A DNA stretch of 26,210 nucleotides from an uncultured bacterium (GTDB lineage Bacteria; Eisenbacteria; RBG-16-71-46), in contig CAZADU010000130.1 in the NCBI GenBank assembly GCA_964483945.1, positions 1 through 26,210 of the forward strand, read 5' to 3'. Below, piece by piece: positions 16,901 through 25,192 of the stretch. Made by a program: the position numbers and the translations under genes. Each line of letters starts with the position of its first letter. Within the stretch, counting starts at the first letter, position 1. Below the pieces are notes generated by a model. It saw nothing but the letters and a program-made list of their open reading frames with translations, did not search any database and was not told the origin of the DNA.

Positions 16901-17486
16901 CGCAGTGGCCCACCGACTCCACTTCGGGGAAACGCTCGTAGCCCAGGAACACGAGCCGCTCCAGCAGCCGGTGCGGGTCGGTCTCATCACCCGTCTTCAA
17001 CCGCAACAGTGCGCGTGCGAGACGCGCCGGCCGTGGCACGCGCTGCAGCACGCCGCGCACCGTGGCCACCACGATGCCCGGCTCGCCGGCGGCGAGACGC
17101 ACCAATGCCTCCAGCCGCTCGGCCGTCACCGACGGGTGTGGCGAGGAAGGGTCGTAGGGCAGCGTGTCGGGCTCGGGGTAGGCGAGCGTGGCCGCGCGGC
17201 CGGCGAAGTATTCAAGGTCGTCTCGCGCCGCCTCCCACGCCTCGCCGTGCGGCACCACGTAGAGCACCTGGCCACCGAGTTCGTGCTGCAGCCAGGCGGC
17301 CAGGTACGCCCGCGACGAGCCGGTGAGCCCGCGCACGGAGACGCGTGGCGACTTCCCCGAGGCGGCGGCGCGGTCGGGTGCTTCGCGAAGCCGCTCGAGC
17401 AGTTCGCGCGCCACAGGGCTGCGGCCGGCATGAGACAGCAGCGACGCGGCGAGGGGGTCGCGCAGGAAGACGTTCGCAGAACTCAT
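13935..17486 (-). CDS. mfd: transcription-repair coupling factor
   Basis: ATG 17486. UvrB-homology region (RGGILDVW...RIEFDGDTV), CarD-like GDYVVHEDHGVG, helicase motifs DRLICGDVGYGKTEVA, DEEHRFG, TATPIPRTL, QLYQLRGRVGR, and TRCF-domain RDRFG. Confidence 0.98.
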   Translation of the reverse strand: MSSANVFLRDPLAASLLSHAGRSPVARELLERLREAPDRAAASGKSPRVSVRGLTGSSRAYLAAWLQHELGGQVLYVVPHGEAWEAARDDLEYFAGRAATLAYPEPDTLPYDPSSPHPSVTAERLEALVRLAAGEPGIVVATVRGVLQRVPRPARLARALLRLKTGDETDPHRLLERLVFLGYERFPEVESVGHCARRGGILDVWPVGWNDPLRIEFDGDTVASLRRFDAGSQRSLEKLAEALVLPRYEIVVEPHEVEGIAERLREAGDEAAGKSAAAPGGNLFHEGMERFAGYYDSDLGALLDHLSEDTLVVLDDPAALAERAEDLWDGIRRGFEETRVHYPLISPPQQLWLPQEAWTTLARSQRGADWLGSVARAGESARHAASLVVEVAPPEPLQRSTEKLTTHLAELAARGVAPVILCDNQGQRDRLYELMGDAGATLGVGLVSAGFTWKDAGLALLTDHEIFARYRRRRRRTRRTGGLTAAALSALKPGDYVVHEDHGVGVYRGMRRLTLSAQETDCLELSYAGKDVLYVPVHQLSLVSRYAAGDGAKPGIHALGSAQWQKTKTRAKKAIQDMAEGLLKAYAARRALPGYAFKPDTVWQRELEASFPYDETPDQMKAIEDVRADMETAAPMDRLICGDVGYGKTEVAIRAAFKAVQDGKQVAVLVPTTILAQQHGHTFRERLADFPVKVEVLSRFRSAKEQKEVLARLERRDVDIVIGTHRLLSKDVKFAELGLVVIDEEHRFGVAQKEKIRQLTRTVDVLALTATPIPRTLNLSLAGARDMSVIETPPANRLPVHTEVLEYDPEVITDAILREVDRGGQVFFVHNRVETIYNKAAELQQLVPQVSFAVGHGQLGEHQLEQVMLDFTEGQVDVLVATMIIESGIDIPTVNTLIVDRADTMGLAQLYQLRGRVGRSSHRAHAYLMVPSRRVLTEDAEKRLRVIEEFDELGAGFKVALKDMEIRGAGNLLGPEQSGHIMGIGFDLYVKLLEEAVAELRGEAEMVAPEPRLLTDWSAYLPDEYVPDEHEKLALYRRLAEARTTEAIDDFTLELRDRFGALPAAAVALVELRRLRVLGKGQPGGGAAPVESLKILQKVAEVTLRRPLRPDEIKVLVTGLEFQAEFISGREFGLRVRGEGILLLHRVRETLQALAAAGKPAGGGPASGTNAGAASPKSPASAR

Positions 17487-17523
17487 GCGGGTCCGGCGCC
17501 GAGCGGCGCTCGGTCGGCTCCCT

Positions 17524-18252
17524 TCAGTTCGCCGCGGACGCGACGCCCAGCAACTGGCGGATCGTGCGCTCGAGATCGGTGTGGCGCGCGTCGCAGGCGG
17601 CGTGGCCCGGGTCCTCGCTGGGGTGGTACTCACCACCGCCCTGACCCCAGCGCACGATGCCCTTCTGGTCGATCAGGAACGACACGCTCGTCCAGTTGCG
17701 GTCGGGATGGTTCATGAGCCACCAGCGGTTGAGCGTGGTCCACTCCTCGTCCAGTGCCAACGGACCGGTGAATCCCAGTTTGCGTGCGGCCGCGCGCACT
17801 TCGGCGTCCGGCACCGCGCGCACCGGCTTGGGGTGGTACACACACACCACGACGAGCCCTTGCGACGCATAGCGCTTGCGCAACTTCTCGAGGCTGGGCA
17901 GAGAGTTTGTGCAGTACTGGCAGCCGGGGCTGAACCAACGCACCAGCACGACCTTTCCGCGCAGCCCCTCGAGCGTGAGCGGTGCCGTGTCCACCCAGCG
18001 CGTGAACGTCCACACGCGCGCGGGCTTGCCGATCAGTTCGGCGGGCGAGTCCACCTCCTCGGTCGCACCGTGCGCATTCGGGGGCGCCGACTTCGCAGCG
18101 CACGCTGCGTGCGGCCGCACGAACGCGAGCAGCAGTGCGCACAGGCCCGCGGCCACGGCCGGCCCGAGGCACGACCGGACCGGGCGCGACCAAGCGGCGG
18201 CCGCGCTCAGGGCGGGCCGCTCGAGGCGGCGCGGATCCAAGGTGCGCATCAT
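17524..18252 (-). CDS. TlpA-like thioredoxin-fold thiol-disulfide oxidoreductase with N-terminal signal/TM
   Basis: LEGLRGKVVLVRWFSPGCQYCTNSLPSL (CxxC), GLVVVCV, SFLIDQKGIVR. Start uncertain (GTG 18255, ATG 18252 or 18249); the longer track start overlaps the divergent ompA-like gene. Confidence 0.85.
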   Translation of the reverse strand: MMRTLDPRRLERPALSAAAAWSRPVRSCLGPAVAAGLCALLLAFVRPHAACAAKSAPPNAHGATEEVDSPAELIGKPARVWTFTRWVDTAPLTLEGLRGKVVLVRWFSPGCQYCTNSLPSLEKLRKRYASQGLVVVCVYHPKPVRAVPDAEVRAAARKLGFTGPLALDEEWTTLNRWWLMNHPDRNWTSVSFLIDQKGIVRWGQGGGEYHPSEDPGHAACDARHTDLERTIRQLLGVASAAN

Positions 18253-18319
18253 CACGGGGGAGGCTAGTCTATCGGACGCCATCCCCTCAATGTCGTCCCG
18301 ATCCGCAGGGAGGTGTCCC

Positions 18320-19123
18320 ATGAGCGCACGCCTCATCACGCGCTTCGCTGTCAGCCTCGTCCTCGTGGGCGCGGTGACCTCGGTCGCGATCGCCCAACTG
18401 CCCACGACGCTCGACCGGGTGGACCCCAAAGCACCGTGCTTCCAGTGGCCCGCGGTGGACTTCGACCGCGACGGCGTGTACGACCGCCTCGACCGCTGTG
18501 GCAACACGCCCCGGGGCGCGATCGTGGATGAGTGGGGCTGCCCGATCGACAGCGACGGCGACGGCGTCTACGACGGCCTCGACATGTGTCCCAGCACGCC
18601 GGTTGGCGAGCGGGTGGACGCGAGCGGCTGCTCGAGAGCCCAACTCTCGGCGTCATCGCGTTCGGTGCCGCGCGAGCCGACCCCACCCGCCCCGCCGCCC
18701 GCACCGGTGAGTGCGTCCGAGCGGCAGTTGGTGGAAAGCGGCCGCATCCGGCTCGAGAACCTGTACTTCGAGACCGAGAGTGCTCGGCTGCTGCCGGAGT
18801 CCGAGGCCTCGCTCAACGAGGTGGGCTCGGTGCTCGAGAAGTACCCGGACCTGCGCCTCGAAGTGCAGGGGCACTCCGACACGCGCGGCTCCAACCGCTA
18901 CAACATGACGCTGTCGCAATCTCGCGCCGAGTCCGTGCGCAGCTATCTGCTCGAGCGCTTCCGGCTGCGAGCGGACCACGTGACCGGCAAGGGCTACGGC
19001 GAAACACAGCCCGAGACCCGGGAGCGCAACGAGGAGGAGCGCCTGCGCAACCGGCGGGTCGAGATCGCGGTGCTGAATCCCGAAGTGCTGCCGAGGAGCG
19101 TGAAGGTGGAGCACAGACACTAG
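18320..19123 (+). CDS. OmpA C-terminal-like peptidoglycan-binding protein with TSP3-type Ca-binding repeats, no beta-barrel
   Basis: ATG 18320 with SD GGGAGG; signal peptide; DFDRDGVYDRLDRC and DSDGDGVYDGLDMCP; OmpA-C motifs LYFETESA, EVQGHSDTRG, NMTLSQSRAESV, GYGETQP, NRRVEI. Confidence 0.92.
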   Translation: MSARLITRFAVSLVLVGAVTSVAIAQLPTTLDRVDPKAPCFQWPAVDFDRDGVYDRLDRCGNTPRGAIVDEWGCPIDSDGDGVYDGLDMCPSTPVGERVDASGCSRAQLSASSRSVPREPTPPAPPPAPVSASERQLVESGRIRLENLYFETESARLLPESEASLNEVGSVLEKYPDLRLEVQGHSDTRGSNRYNMTLSQSRAESVRSYLLERFRLRADHVTGKGYGETQPETRERNEEERLRNRRVEIAVLNPEVLPRSVKVEHRH

Positions 19124-19139
19124 CTTCCGCCGCGTGAAA

Positions 19140-19177
19140 GACGAGAGCCGCGCACGCTCGGGTGCGCGGCTCTCGTC
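19140..19177 (-). terminator. perfect 16-bp hairpin between the convergent ompA-like and batA-like genes; likely intrinsic terminator
   Basis: GACGAGAGCCGCGCAC-[GCTCGG]-GTGCGCGGCTCTCGTC; followed on the minus strand by TTTCAC. Confidence 0.8.
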
Positions 19178-19196
19178 GTCTCGCCGAACAGGCTGG

Positions 19197-21272
19197 TCAG
19201 CTTCGCTTCCAGCCCCCGCCCGCCATACCCCAGCGCGCGATCACCGACTCGGCCACCAACAGCAGCAGTGCCGCGATCACGAACTCGGGCCACAGCTCGC
19301 GCCCGAAGCGCGCCTGGCGGATGCGCGCGGCGAGGTCGTCGCCCATGCGCACGAGCCGCACGCGACCCTTCGGGAACGCGGCGATGACCGAGGCCTCGCT
19401 GAGCGGGGCCAAATCGCCCTCACGCGGATCGGGGTTCACCGCGATGCTCGCGCGCAATTGTCCGCCCGCGTAGGCGCGATAGAGGCCGGCTCGCTCGAGA
19501 GGTACGCTCACGGCGCGCGCGGCGCCGCTGCCGGATTCCACGTGCACCGGCACGTTGCGGCCGGCCTCGTCCTCGAGTCGCCATTCGGCGGCCGCAGGCG
19601 CGCTCCACGAGTCTCCCGGCGTGAGCGACGGAGCGGCGGTGCCACGCGCCAGCACGCGCGCCGCCTGGTGCACGAGCGGCAGGAACGCGCCCGAGAGCGC
19701 GAAATCCGAGCGCGCGAGGTCCAGTGGTGCCGCCAGCACGAGCGCGCGGCCGGCCTCGATGAGCGCCGCATGCCGCTCGTCGAAGCGCAGCAGCACGCGC
19801 GAGCCCGCCGCGGCACGCAGTGCGGGCACGCGTGTGAAGCGCGCCTGCGTGAGCGGCTCGCCCGGACGCGCGGGGAAGCCATCGAGGATGGCGTGGCCGG
19901 CGACCGCACGTAGCAGCCGCCAGGCCGCACCCGGAGCGGCCGCGTCCTCGGCACCCAGCGTGCCGGCACCGAGCGTGCCGAGCAGGTCGTTCCACGCGGT
20001 GAGATCGGCTCGTGCCCCGGGAGCCAACAGCAGCCCGCCGCCGGCGCGATGGAAGTCGAGCACGGTCTGCAGTTCCGCCGGGCCCAGCCGCTCGACATCG
20101 CCCACCACGATCAAATCGGCCTCCCCCGTGCCCGAGGCGAGCGCGGCGGCATCCACCGCGCGCACCGCCAACCCCGAGGTCGGCGAGCCCGCTTCGAGCG
20201 CAAGGCGCAGTGGCGAAGGCGCACCGTCCTCACGCACGACCACTCGCAGCGTGCCGGAGCGACCCGCGGCGAACACGTGGCGGTTGTCGAGTGCGAGCGC
20301 GTCGTCGGGCAGCAGCACCTCGCCACCGGCCTCGGGTAGCCGCGCAAGCGGCACCAGCGTACGGCCCTCGCCGCGCGCGGCGAGCGAGACGAACCCACGC
20401 CCGAGCGATAGATCGGTTGCGCTGGGAGCACCGGGCAGTGGAAGCGCACGCGCCTCGAGCGCGAAGTCCTGCGCGGGCCCGCCTCCCACGGCGTCGAACG
20501 ACTCGGCGACCACCTCCAGCGCGGGTGCGGTACCGGCGTCGGCCGCGGGTGCCAGCGCAGCTCCCGAGAGCGCGGCGTTGGCGCGTGAGCGGGGCGCCAA
20601 GGGCACCAGGTACACGCGTGACGTGCCCCACGGCCCCGGTGGTGCCTCGAGTCCGCGCTCGAGGAAGCCCGTGCGCTGGAAGTCCGAGACCCAGAACAGT
20701 TCGCGGTTCAACGCGCGTGACTGCGTGAGAGCTCGGGCCGCCAGCGCGAGTGCCGCCGCGTGGTCGGTGGCCGAGGCCCCCGGGGTGAGCGCCTGCGCCC
20801 CGGCGCGCAGCCTCGCCGCGTCGGCCAGTGGTGCCTCCGAGAGCGGTCGCGGCGTGCGGTCGTAGGGGATCAGCAGCAACTCGTCAGCGGGGCCGAGCGT
20901 GGCGAGCAGGCTCTCGACTACGCGCCGCGCGGTCGCGGTGAGCGGGCGGCCGTCGGCGTCGGGAGCACCCATGCTGCCCGAGACGTCCACGAGGGCCACC
21001 AGCGTGCTGGCCGCACTGCCGCCGCGTGCACCGCCCTGCATCGATGGGCGTGCCATGGCCATCGCCAGCAGCGCGAGGGCCAGCGTGCGAAGCAGCAGCA
21101 ACAGCCACTGCTTGAGCCGCAGGCGGCGGATCTCGCTCTGGTTCACCTCGGACAGGAAGTCGAGCGAGGGGAACCGCACCTCGCGCGGCTTGCGGCGCGT
21201 GAACAGGTGGATCAGCACGGGGATCGCGGCCGCACCGAGCCCGAACAGGAACAGCGGGTTCAGGAAGTTCAC
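19197..21272 (-). CDS. BatA-like N-terminal double-TM / vWA domain protein
   Basis: GTG start with GGAG SD; FLNPLFLFGLGAAAIPVLIHLFTRRKPREVRFPSLDFL (BatA N-terminus); MIDAS DVSGS; C-terminal TM ELWPEFVIAALLLLVAESVI. Confidence 0.92.
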   Translation of the reverse strand: MNFLNPLFLFGLGAAAIPVLIHLFTRRKPREVRFPSLDFLSEVNQSEIRRLRLKQWLLLLLRTLALALLAMAMARPSMQGGARGGSAASTLVALVDVSGSMGAPDADGRPLTATARRVVESLLATLGPADELLLIPYDRTPRPLSEAPLADAARLRAGAQALTPGASATDHAAALALAARALTQSRALNRELFWVSDFQRTGFLERGLEAPPGPWGTSRVYLVPLAPRSRANAALSGAALAPAADAGTAPALEVVAESFDAVGGGPAQDFALEARALPLPGAPSATDLSLGRGFVSLAARGEGRTLVPLARLPEAGGEVLLPDDALALDNRHVFAAGRSGTLRVVVREDGAPSPLRLALEAGSPTSGLAVRAVDAAALASGTGEADLIVVGDVERLGPAELQTVLDFHRAGGGLLLAPGARADLTAWNDLLGTLGAGTLGAEDAAAPGAAWRLLRAVAGHAILDGFPARPGEPLTQARFTRVPALRAAAGSRVLLRFDERHAALIEAGRALVLAAPLDLARSDFALSGAFLPLVHQAARVLARGTAAPSLTPGDSWSAPAAAEWRLEDEAGRNVPVHVESGSGAARAVSVPLERAGLYRAYAGGQLRASIAVNPDPREGDLAPLSEASVIAAFPKGRVRLVRMGDDLAARIRQARFGRELWPEFVIAALLLLVAESVIARWGMAGGGWKRS

Positions 21273-21300
21273 GCACGCTCCGAGGCTGCACGGTCACGGC

Positions 21301-21933
21301 TCACGGCGCCAGCTCCTGCCACGACTGCGAGGCGTCGTCCCAGCGCTCGAGGTTCGTCACCGGGTGGATCTCCCAGCCCGTCAGGCGCACGGACTCGCGA
21401 TGCAGCATCCAGTTGTTCACCGGCCGGTCGTAGGGATGGTCGTACAGTAGCCAGCCGGTGATGCGCACACGCGCTGGCCCCGCGTTCCAGCGTGTCGCAC
21501 CGCCGCGGTTGGGGCGGAACGCCACCAGCAGCGAGTCGTAGTCCCAGGCCCGGCGCGGGTATCGCCATTGCGGCGTGATCTCGCCCACGACGTAGACGGT
21601 GTCGCGGTCGACACTCGTGCGCCGGTGCTCGGCGATCTCCAGGTGCAGGTCGCCATCGCCCGAGAGCAGCACGCGCTGTACCCAGCCTTCCATGCGCACG
21701 CCTTGGCGCTCGAGTGCGGCGCGCTCGGCGAAGGGCGCGCGGTGCGGCAGTACCGCGAAGTCCGCCATGCGGAAGTCACGCACGCTTGCCGGAGCCTCCA
21801 GCCGGTCCTTCATCGTGCGCAGGTGGCGCGTCTCGGCCGGCAACCCCGGCGCGCGGCCCAGCAGCGCCAGGGCCACCAGCAACAGCGCTGCGCCCAGCGC
21901 GAAGCCCAGCACGCCCAGCGAGCGCGTGATCAC
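21301..21933 (-). CDS. uncharacterised N-terminally anchored protein with DGDLH, GWLLYD and WEIHPV motifs
   Basis: C-terminal part of track ORF 21301..22812. GTG 21933 overlaps the DUF58 stop (GTGA). One hydrophobic N-terminal helix; the rest has realistic globular composition and fills the operon gap. Confidence 0.8.
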   Translation of the reverse strand: MITRSLGVLGFALGAALLLVALALLGRAPGLPAETRHLRTMKDRLEAPASVRDFRMADFAVLPHRAPFAERAALERQGVRMEGWVQRVLLSGDGDLHLEIAEHRRTSVDRDTVYVVGEITPQWRYPRRAWDYDSLLVAFRPNRGGATRWNAGPARVRITGWLLYDHPYDRPVNNWMLHRESVRLTGWEIHPVTNLERWDDASQSWQELAP

Positions 21934-22907
21934 AGCAGCGTCGCCCGCTTCTCGAGGTAGGCGAGAAGCGCGCGGTCGAACGGCGTGCGCGTGTCGAGCG
22001 GCACGTAGTCGATGCGCTGCTCGCGGCACGAGCGCGAGTACTGGTCGCGCCACGCGCCCAACTGCTGCCGGTAGCGCGCGGCGATCTCCCACGGTTCGGT
22101 GGTCAGCTGTGCGCCCGTCTCGAGATCCACGAACGTCGAGGCGTCGGTGTACGGGAACTCGATCTCGTCCGGGTCGAGAATGTGGAACACGATCACCTCG
22201 TGGTTCCGGTGCCGGAAGTGCTGCAGGCCCGACAGCACGTCGGCCGGCTTGTCGAGCAGATCCGAGAGCAGAACGACAAGCCCGCGGCGCTTGATGCGCT
22301 CGGCCAGTTCGTGCAACGCGGGACCCAGCTTGGTAAGCCCCATCGGCTGGCCAGAGGCCAGCGTCTTCAACACCACGTCCAAGTGCGAGCGCACCGAGCG
22401 CGGCGGCACGTATTGAAGGGGCTTCTCGGCGAACAGCATCACACCCACCGCGTCCTGCTGGCCGAGCATCAGGTAGGCCAGCGCCGCGGCCAGCGAGCGT
22501 GCGTACTCGAGTTTGCTGAGCGAGGCGCGCTCGGAGCGAAAGCCCATCGAGCCCGAGAGGTCCACCAGCAGGTGCGAGCGAAGGTTGGTCTCCTCGGTGT
22601 ACTGCTTGACCAGGTAGCGGTCGCTCTTGGCCAGCACCTTCCAGTCGAGGTTCTTGAGCGGGTCGCCGGGCATGTAGGGTCGGTGCTCGGCGAACTCCAC
22701 CGAGAAACCATGAAACGGCGAGCGGTGCATGCCGGCGATGAACCCCTCGACCACGAGCCGTGCGCGCACGTCCAAGTGTGCGAGCCGGGCGACTACGGCG
22801 GGGTCGAGCCACTGCCGCGCACCCTCAGCACCCGGCTGCGCGGAGCTGGGGCCGCGTGCCGCGCCTCCCGCGGTGCCGTGCGTGCCCGACGGTTCGGGGG
22901 TGCTCAT
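21930..22907 (-). CDS. DUF58 domain protein (MoxR-associated)
   Basis: HRSPFHGFSVEFAEHRPYMPGDPLKNLDWKVLAKSDRYLVKQYTEETNL, DLSGSM, LVVLLSDL. Confidence 0.96.
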   Translation of the reverse strand: MSTPEPSGTHGTAGGAARGPSSAQPGAEGARQWLDPAVVARLAHLDVRARLVVEGFIAGMHRSPFHGFSVEFAEHRPYMPGDPLKNLDWKVLAKSDRYLVKQYTEETNLRSHLLVDLSGSMGFRSERASLSKLEYARSLAAALAYLMLGQQDAVGVMLFAEKPLQYVPPRSVRSHLDVVLKTLASGQPMGLTKLGPALHELAERIKRRGLVVLLSDLLDKPADVLSGLQHFRHRNHEVIVFHILDPDEIEFPYTDASTFVDLETGAQLTTEPWEIAARYRQQLGAWRDQYSRSCREQRIDYVPLDTRTPFDRALLAYLEKRATLL

Positions 22908-22911
22908 GCGC

Positions 22912-23760
22912 TCAATCCTTCCATGCGGTCCACGCGATCACGTCTCCCTCGCGGAGCGCTCGTTCGTTCGCTCGCGAGCCGGCGTCGGTGTAGGTGCCGT
23001 CGAAGGCGGGGCGCGCCTCCCAGCGCGAGAACCCCGCCACGCGCAGCAGCAGCTCCATCTCGGGCTTGTAGACGTAGCGGAGCGCGAACGAAACCCTCTC
23101 GCGTCGCGTCACCGTACCCGCGGCGTCGCTGAACTCGATGCGTCGCGTCATGTTGCGCACCTGCTCGATGCGGTCGTCCTGGGCGACATCCCACACGCGC
23201 ACACGGCCGTCCGCATGCGGGAGGTCCTTCACCAGCTTCTCGCCGCTCGACCACTCGATCAGCTTGTCGGCGCTCGGGTGGAATGCGGTGAGCACCAGCC
23301 GGCCGCCCGAGGCCAGGTGGTGCCGGCAGCAGCGCAGTGTGGCGAGCTGGTCGGCTTGCGTGAGGTTGTGCAGGAACGAGTTGAAGCCGACGGTGATGAG
23401 CGCGTGGCGCCCGGGCAGCGAGAAGTCGCGCATGTCGGCGGCATGCACGCCGAGGTCGCGGCCATCGGCGTGACGGAAGCGCGTCGCACCGCCTTCGGAT
23501 CGCTCGCGCCAGCCGCGTGCGGCGAGCTTGGCGCGCAGGCTCTCGAGCATGAAGGGGTCCAGGTCGAGCGCGTCGCAGACGAGGCCGGCCTCGAGCGCGG
23601 GCAGCAGCAGCCGGCCGTTGCCGCAGCACAGCTCGAGTGCCGGCCCGCCCGCGCCTCGCAACAACTCCACGTGCGGCGCGATGTCGGCGACCACGTCGGC
23701 GTAGACGACGTCGTAGAGCTCCGGGGCCAGGTAATAGTCGCCGCTCACCAGGGTCCTCAC
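22912..23760 (-). CDS. class I SAM-dependent methyltransferase
   Basis: Motif I GPALELCCGNGRL, ADMRDFSL, FNSFLH, HLASGGRLV. Start is probably GTG 23760, overlapping the permease stop. Confidence 0.92.
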   Translation of the reverse strand: MRTLVSGDYYLAPELYDVVYADVVADIAPHVELLRGAGGPALELCCGNGRLLLPALEAGLVCDALDLDPFMLESLRAKLAARGWRERSEGGATRFRHADGRDLGVHAADMRDFSLPGRHALITVGFNSFLHNLTQADQLATLRCCRHHLASGGRLVLTAFHPSADKLIEWSSGEKLVKDLPHADGRVRVWDVAQDDRIEQVRNMTRRIEFSDAAGTVTRRERVSFALRYVYKPEMELLLRVAGFSRWEARPAFDGTYTDAGSRANERALREGDVIAWTAWKD

Positions 23761-25115
23761 GCGCGCTTCCGGCCGCGCCACAGCCAGTAGACCGGGAACC
23801 CGGTGGCGGCGATGAGCACTCCCGCCATGGCGCGCGGGATCCAGGTGCCCTCGAACTTGGGGCTGCTCGAGAAGTCGCTGTAGATGATCACCGCCGTGAC
23901 GAGCAGGAACAGGATGGGTGTGAGCGGGTAGAACGGCGTGCGATAGCTCGCCACGCCCTGTTCGCCTTTGGCCTCACGTGAGCGCTGCGTGAAGATCGTC
24001 GCCGTCGTGACGCCGTAGAACAGCCAAGACGTGGTCACGAACCAGCCGGAGACATCCTCGAACCCATTCGCGAAGTACAGCCACACACACGAGAGGACCG
24101 CCTGGACCCAGAGTGCGAGGGACGGCGACTCGCGTCGGGGATGAAGTGCGGCAAGCGGCTTCCACAGCAGCCCGTCGGCCGCCATGGCCTGAGTCACGCG
24201 CGGTCCGGTGAGGATCGCCCCATTCGTGGTGCCAAACGTCGAGACGGCGACCAGCACGGCCAACGCGCGTGCGCCCCACTCGCCGACCAATCGGCGCATG
24301 ACATCGCTGCCCAGTGCTTCGGAGGCCACCATCTCCGGCGCGGACATCACACTGAAGTACGCAAGGTTCGTGAGGACGTAGATGCCGACGACGAGCAGTG
24401 TGCCGCCGAGGATGGCAATCGGCATGCTGCGCTGTGGATCCCGGATCTCGCCCGCGACATAGGTGGAGTCCGTCCAGCCGTCGTAGGCGAACAGCACCGA
24501 CACCATCACCAGCGCCAGCGCCTGGAACAAGGACATGCCGGGCACCGCAGTGGCCGAAGTTGCGGGGGCGGGTGCCGGATGCGGCAGCACGAACGCCGCG
24601 ACGCACAGGGCCAGGATGCCCGCGACCTTGAGCGTCGTGAACAAGGAGGCCGTCCTCGCGCCCTCCTTCACCCCCAGCCAGTTCACGAACGTCAGCAGCA
24701 GGATGGCCGCGCATCCGACCGCGAACTGGGGCTCCCGGCCCAACCCGAGTGCCGCGCATGAGTAGGTGGCGAACACGCTGGCGATGGCCGCGATCACCGT
24801 CGGTTTGATCACCCACAGGTTGGCCCACCCGAACGTGAATGCCCAGGCGTCTCCGAAACCCTCGCGAATGAAGACATAGAGGCCGCCGGTCTTCGGGTGG
24901 CGAACCACGAGCTCGGTGAGCACGAAAGCACCGCAGACGGAAAGCACGCCGCCGATCACCCACGCGAGCAGCACGGCGGGAACGCTCTGCAGGTACGTCG
25001 CCACGGTCTTGGGCGAAGCGAAGATGCCCGAGCCGATGATGTTGCCTACCGTGATCGCGGTAGCGGCGTAGAGTCCGATTTGGCGGTGAAGCTCGAATTT
25101 GGACGAAGCGGCCAT
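23757..25115 (-). CDS. APC-family amino acid/polyamine permease
   Basis: Strong SD AAAGGAG; TM1 GNIIGSGIF, HPKTGGLYVFI, FAYDGW, GTTNGAILTGPRV, YRTPFYP; about 12 hydrophobic segments. Confidence 0.95.
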   Translation of the reverse strand: MAASSKFELHRQIGLYAATAITVGNIIGSGIFASPKTVATYLQSVPAVLLAWVIGGVLSVCGAFVLTELVVRHPKTGGLYVFIREGFGDAWAFTFGWANLWVIKPTVIAAIASVFATYSCAALGLGREPQFAVGCAAILLLTFVNWLGVKEGARTASLFTTLKVAGILALCVAAFVLPHPAPAPATSATAVPGMSLFQALALVMVSVLFAYDGWTDSTYVAGEIRDPQRSMPIAILGGTLLVVGIYVLTNLAYFSVMSAPEMVASEALGSDVMRRLVGEWGARALAVLVAVSTFGTTNGAILTGPRVTQAMAADGLLWKPLAALHPRRESPSLALWVQAVLSCVWLYFANGFEDVSGWFVTTSWLFYGVTTATIFTQRSREAKGEQGVASYRTPFYPLTPILFLLVTAVIIYSDFSSSPKFEGTWIPRAMAGVLIAATGFPVYWLWRGRKRA

Positions 25116-25192
25116 GCCTCGCTCCTTTCCCGGAAGACCCGCGCTGCGCGGGGTGCTGCGCGGCCGGCGCGCCGCGCCGTGATGCGACGAGG

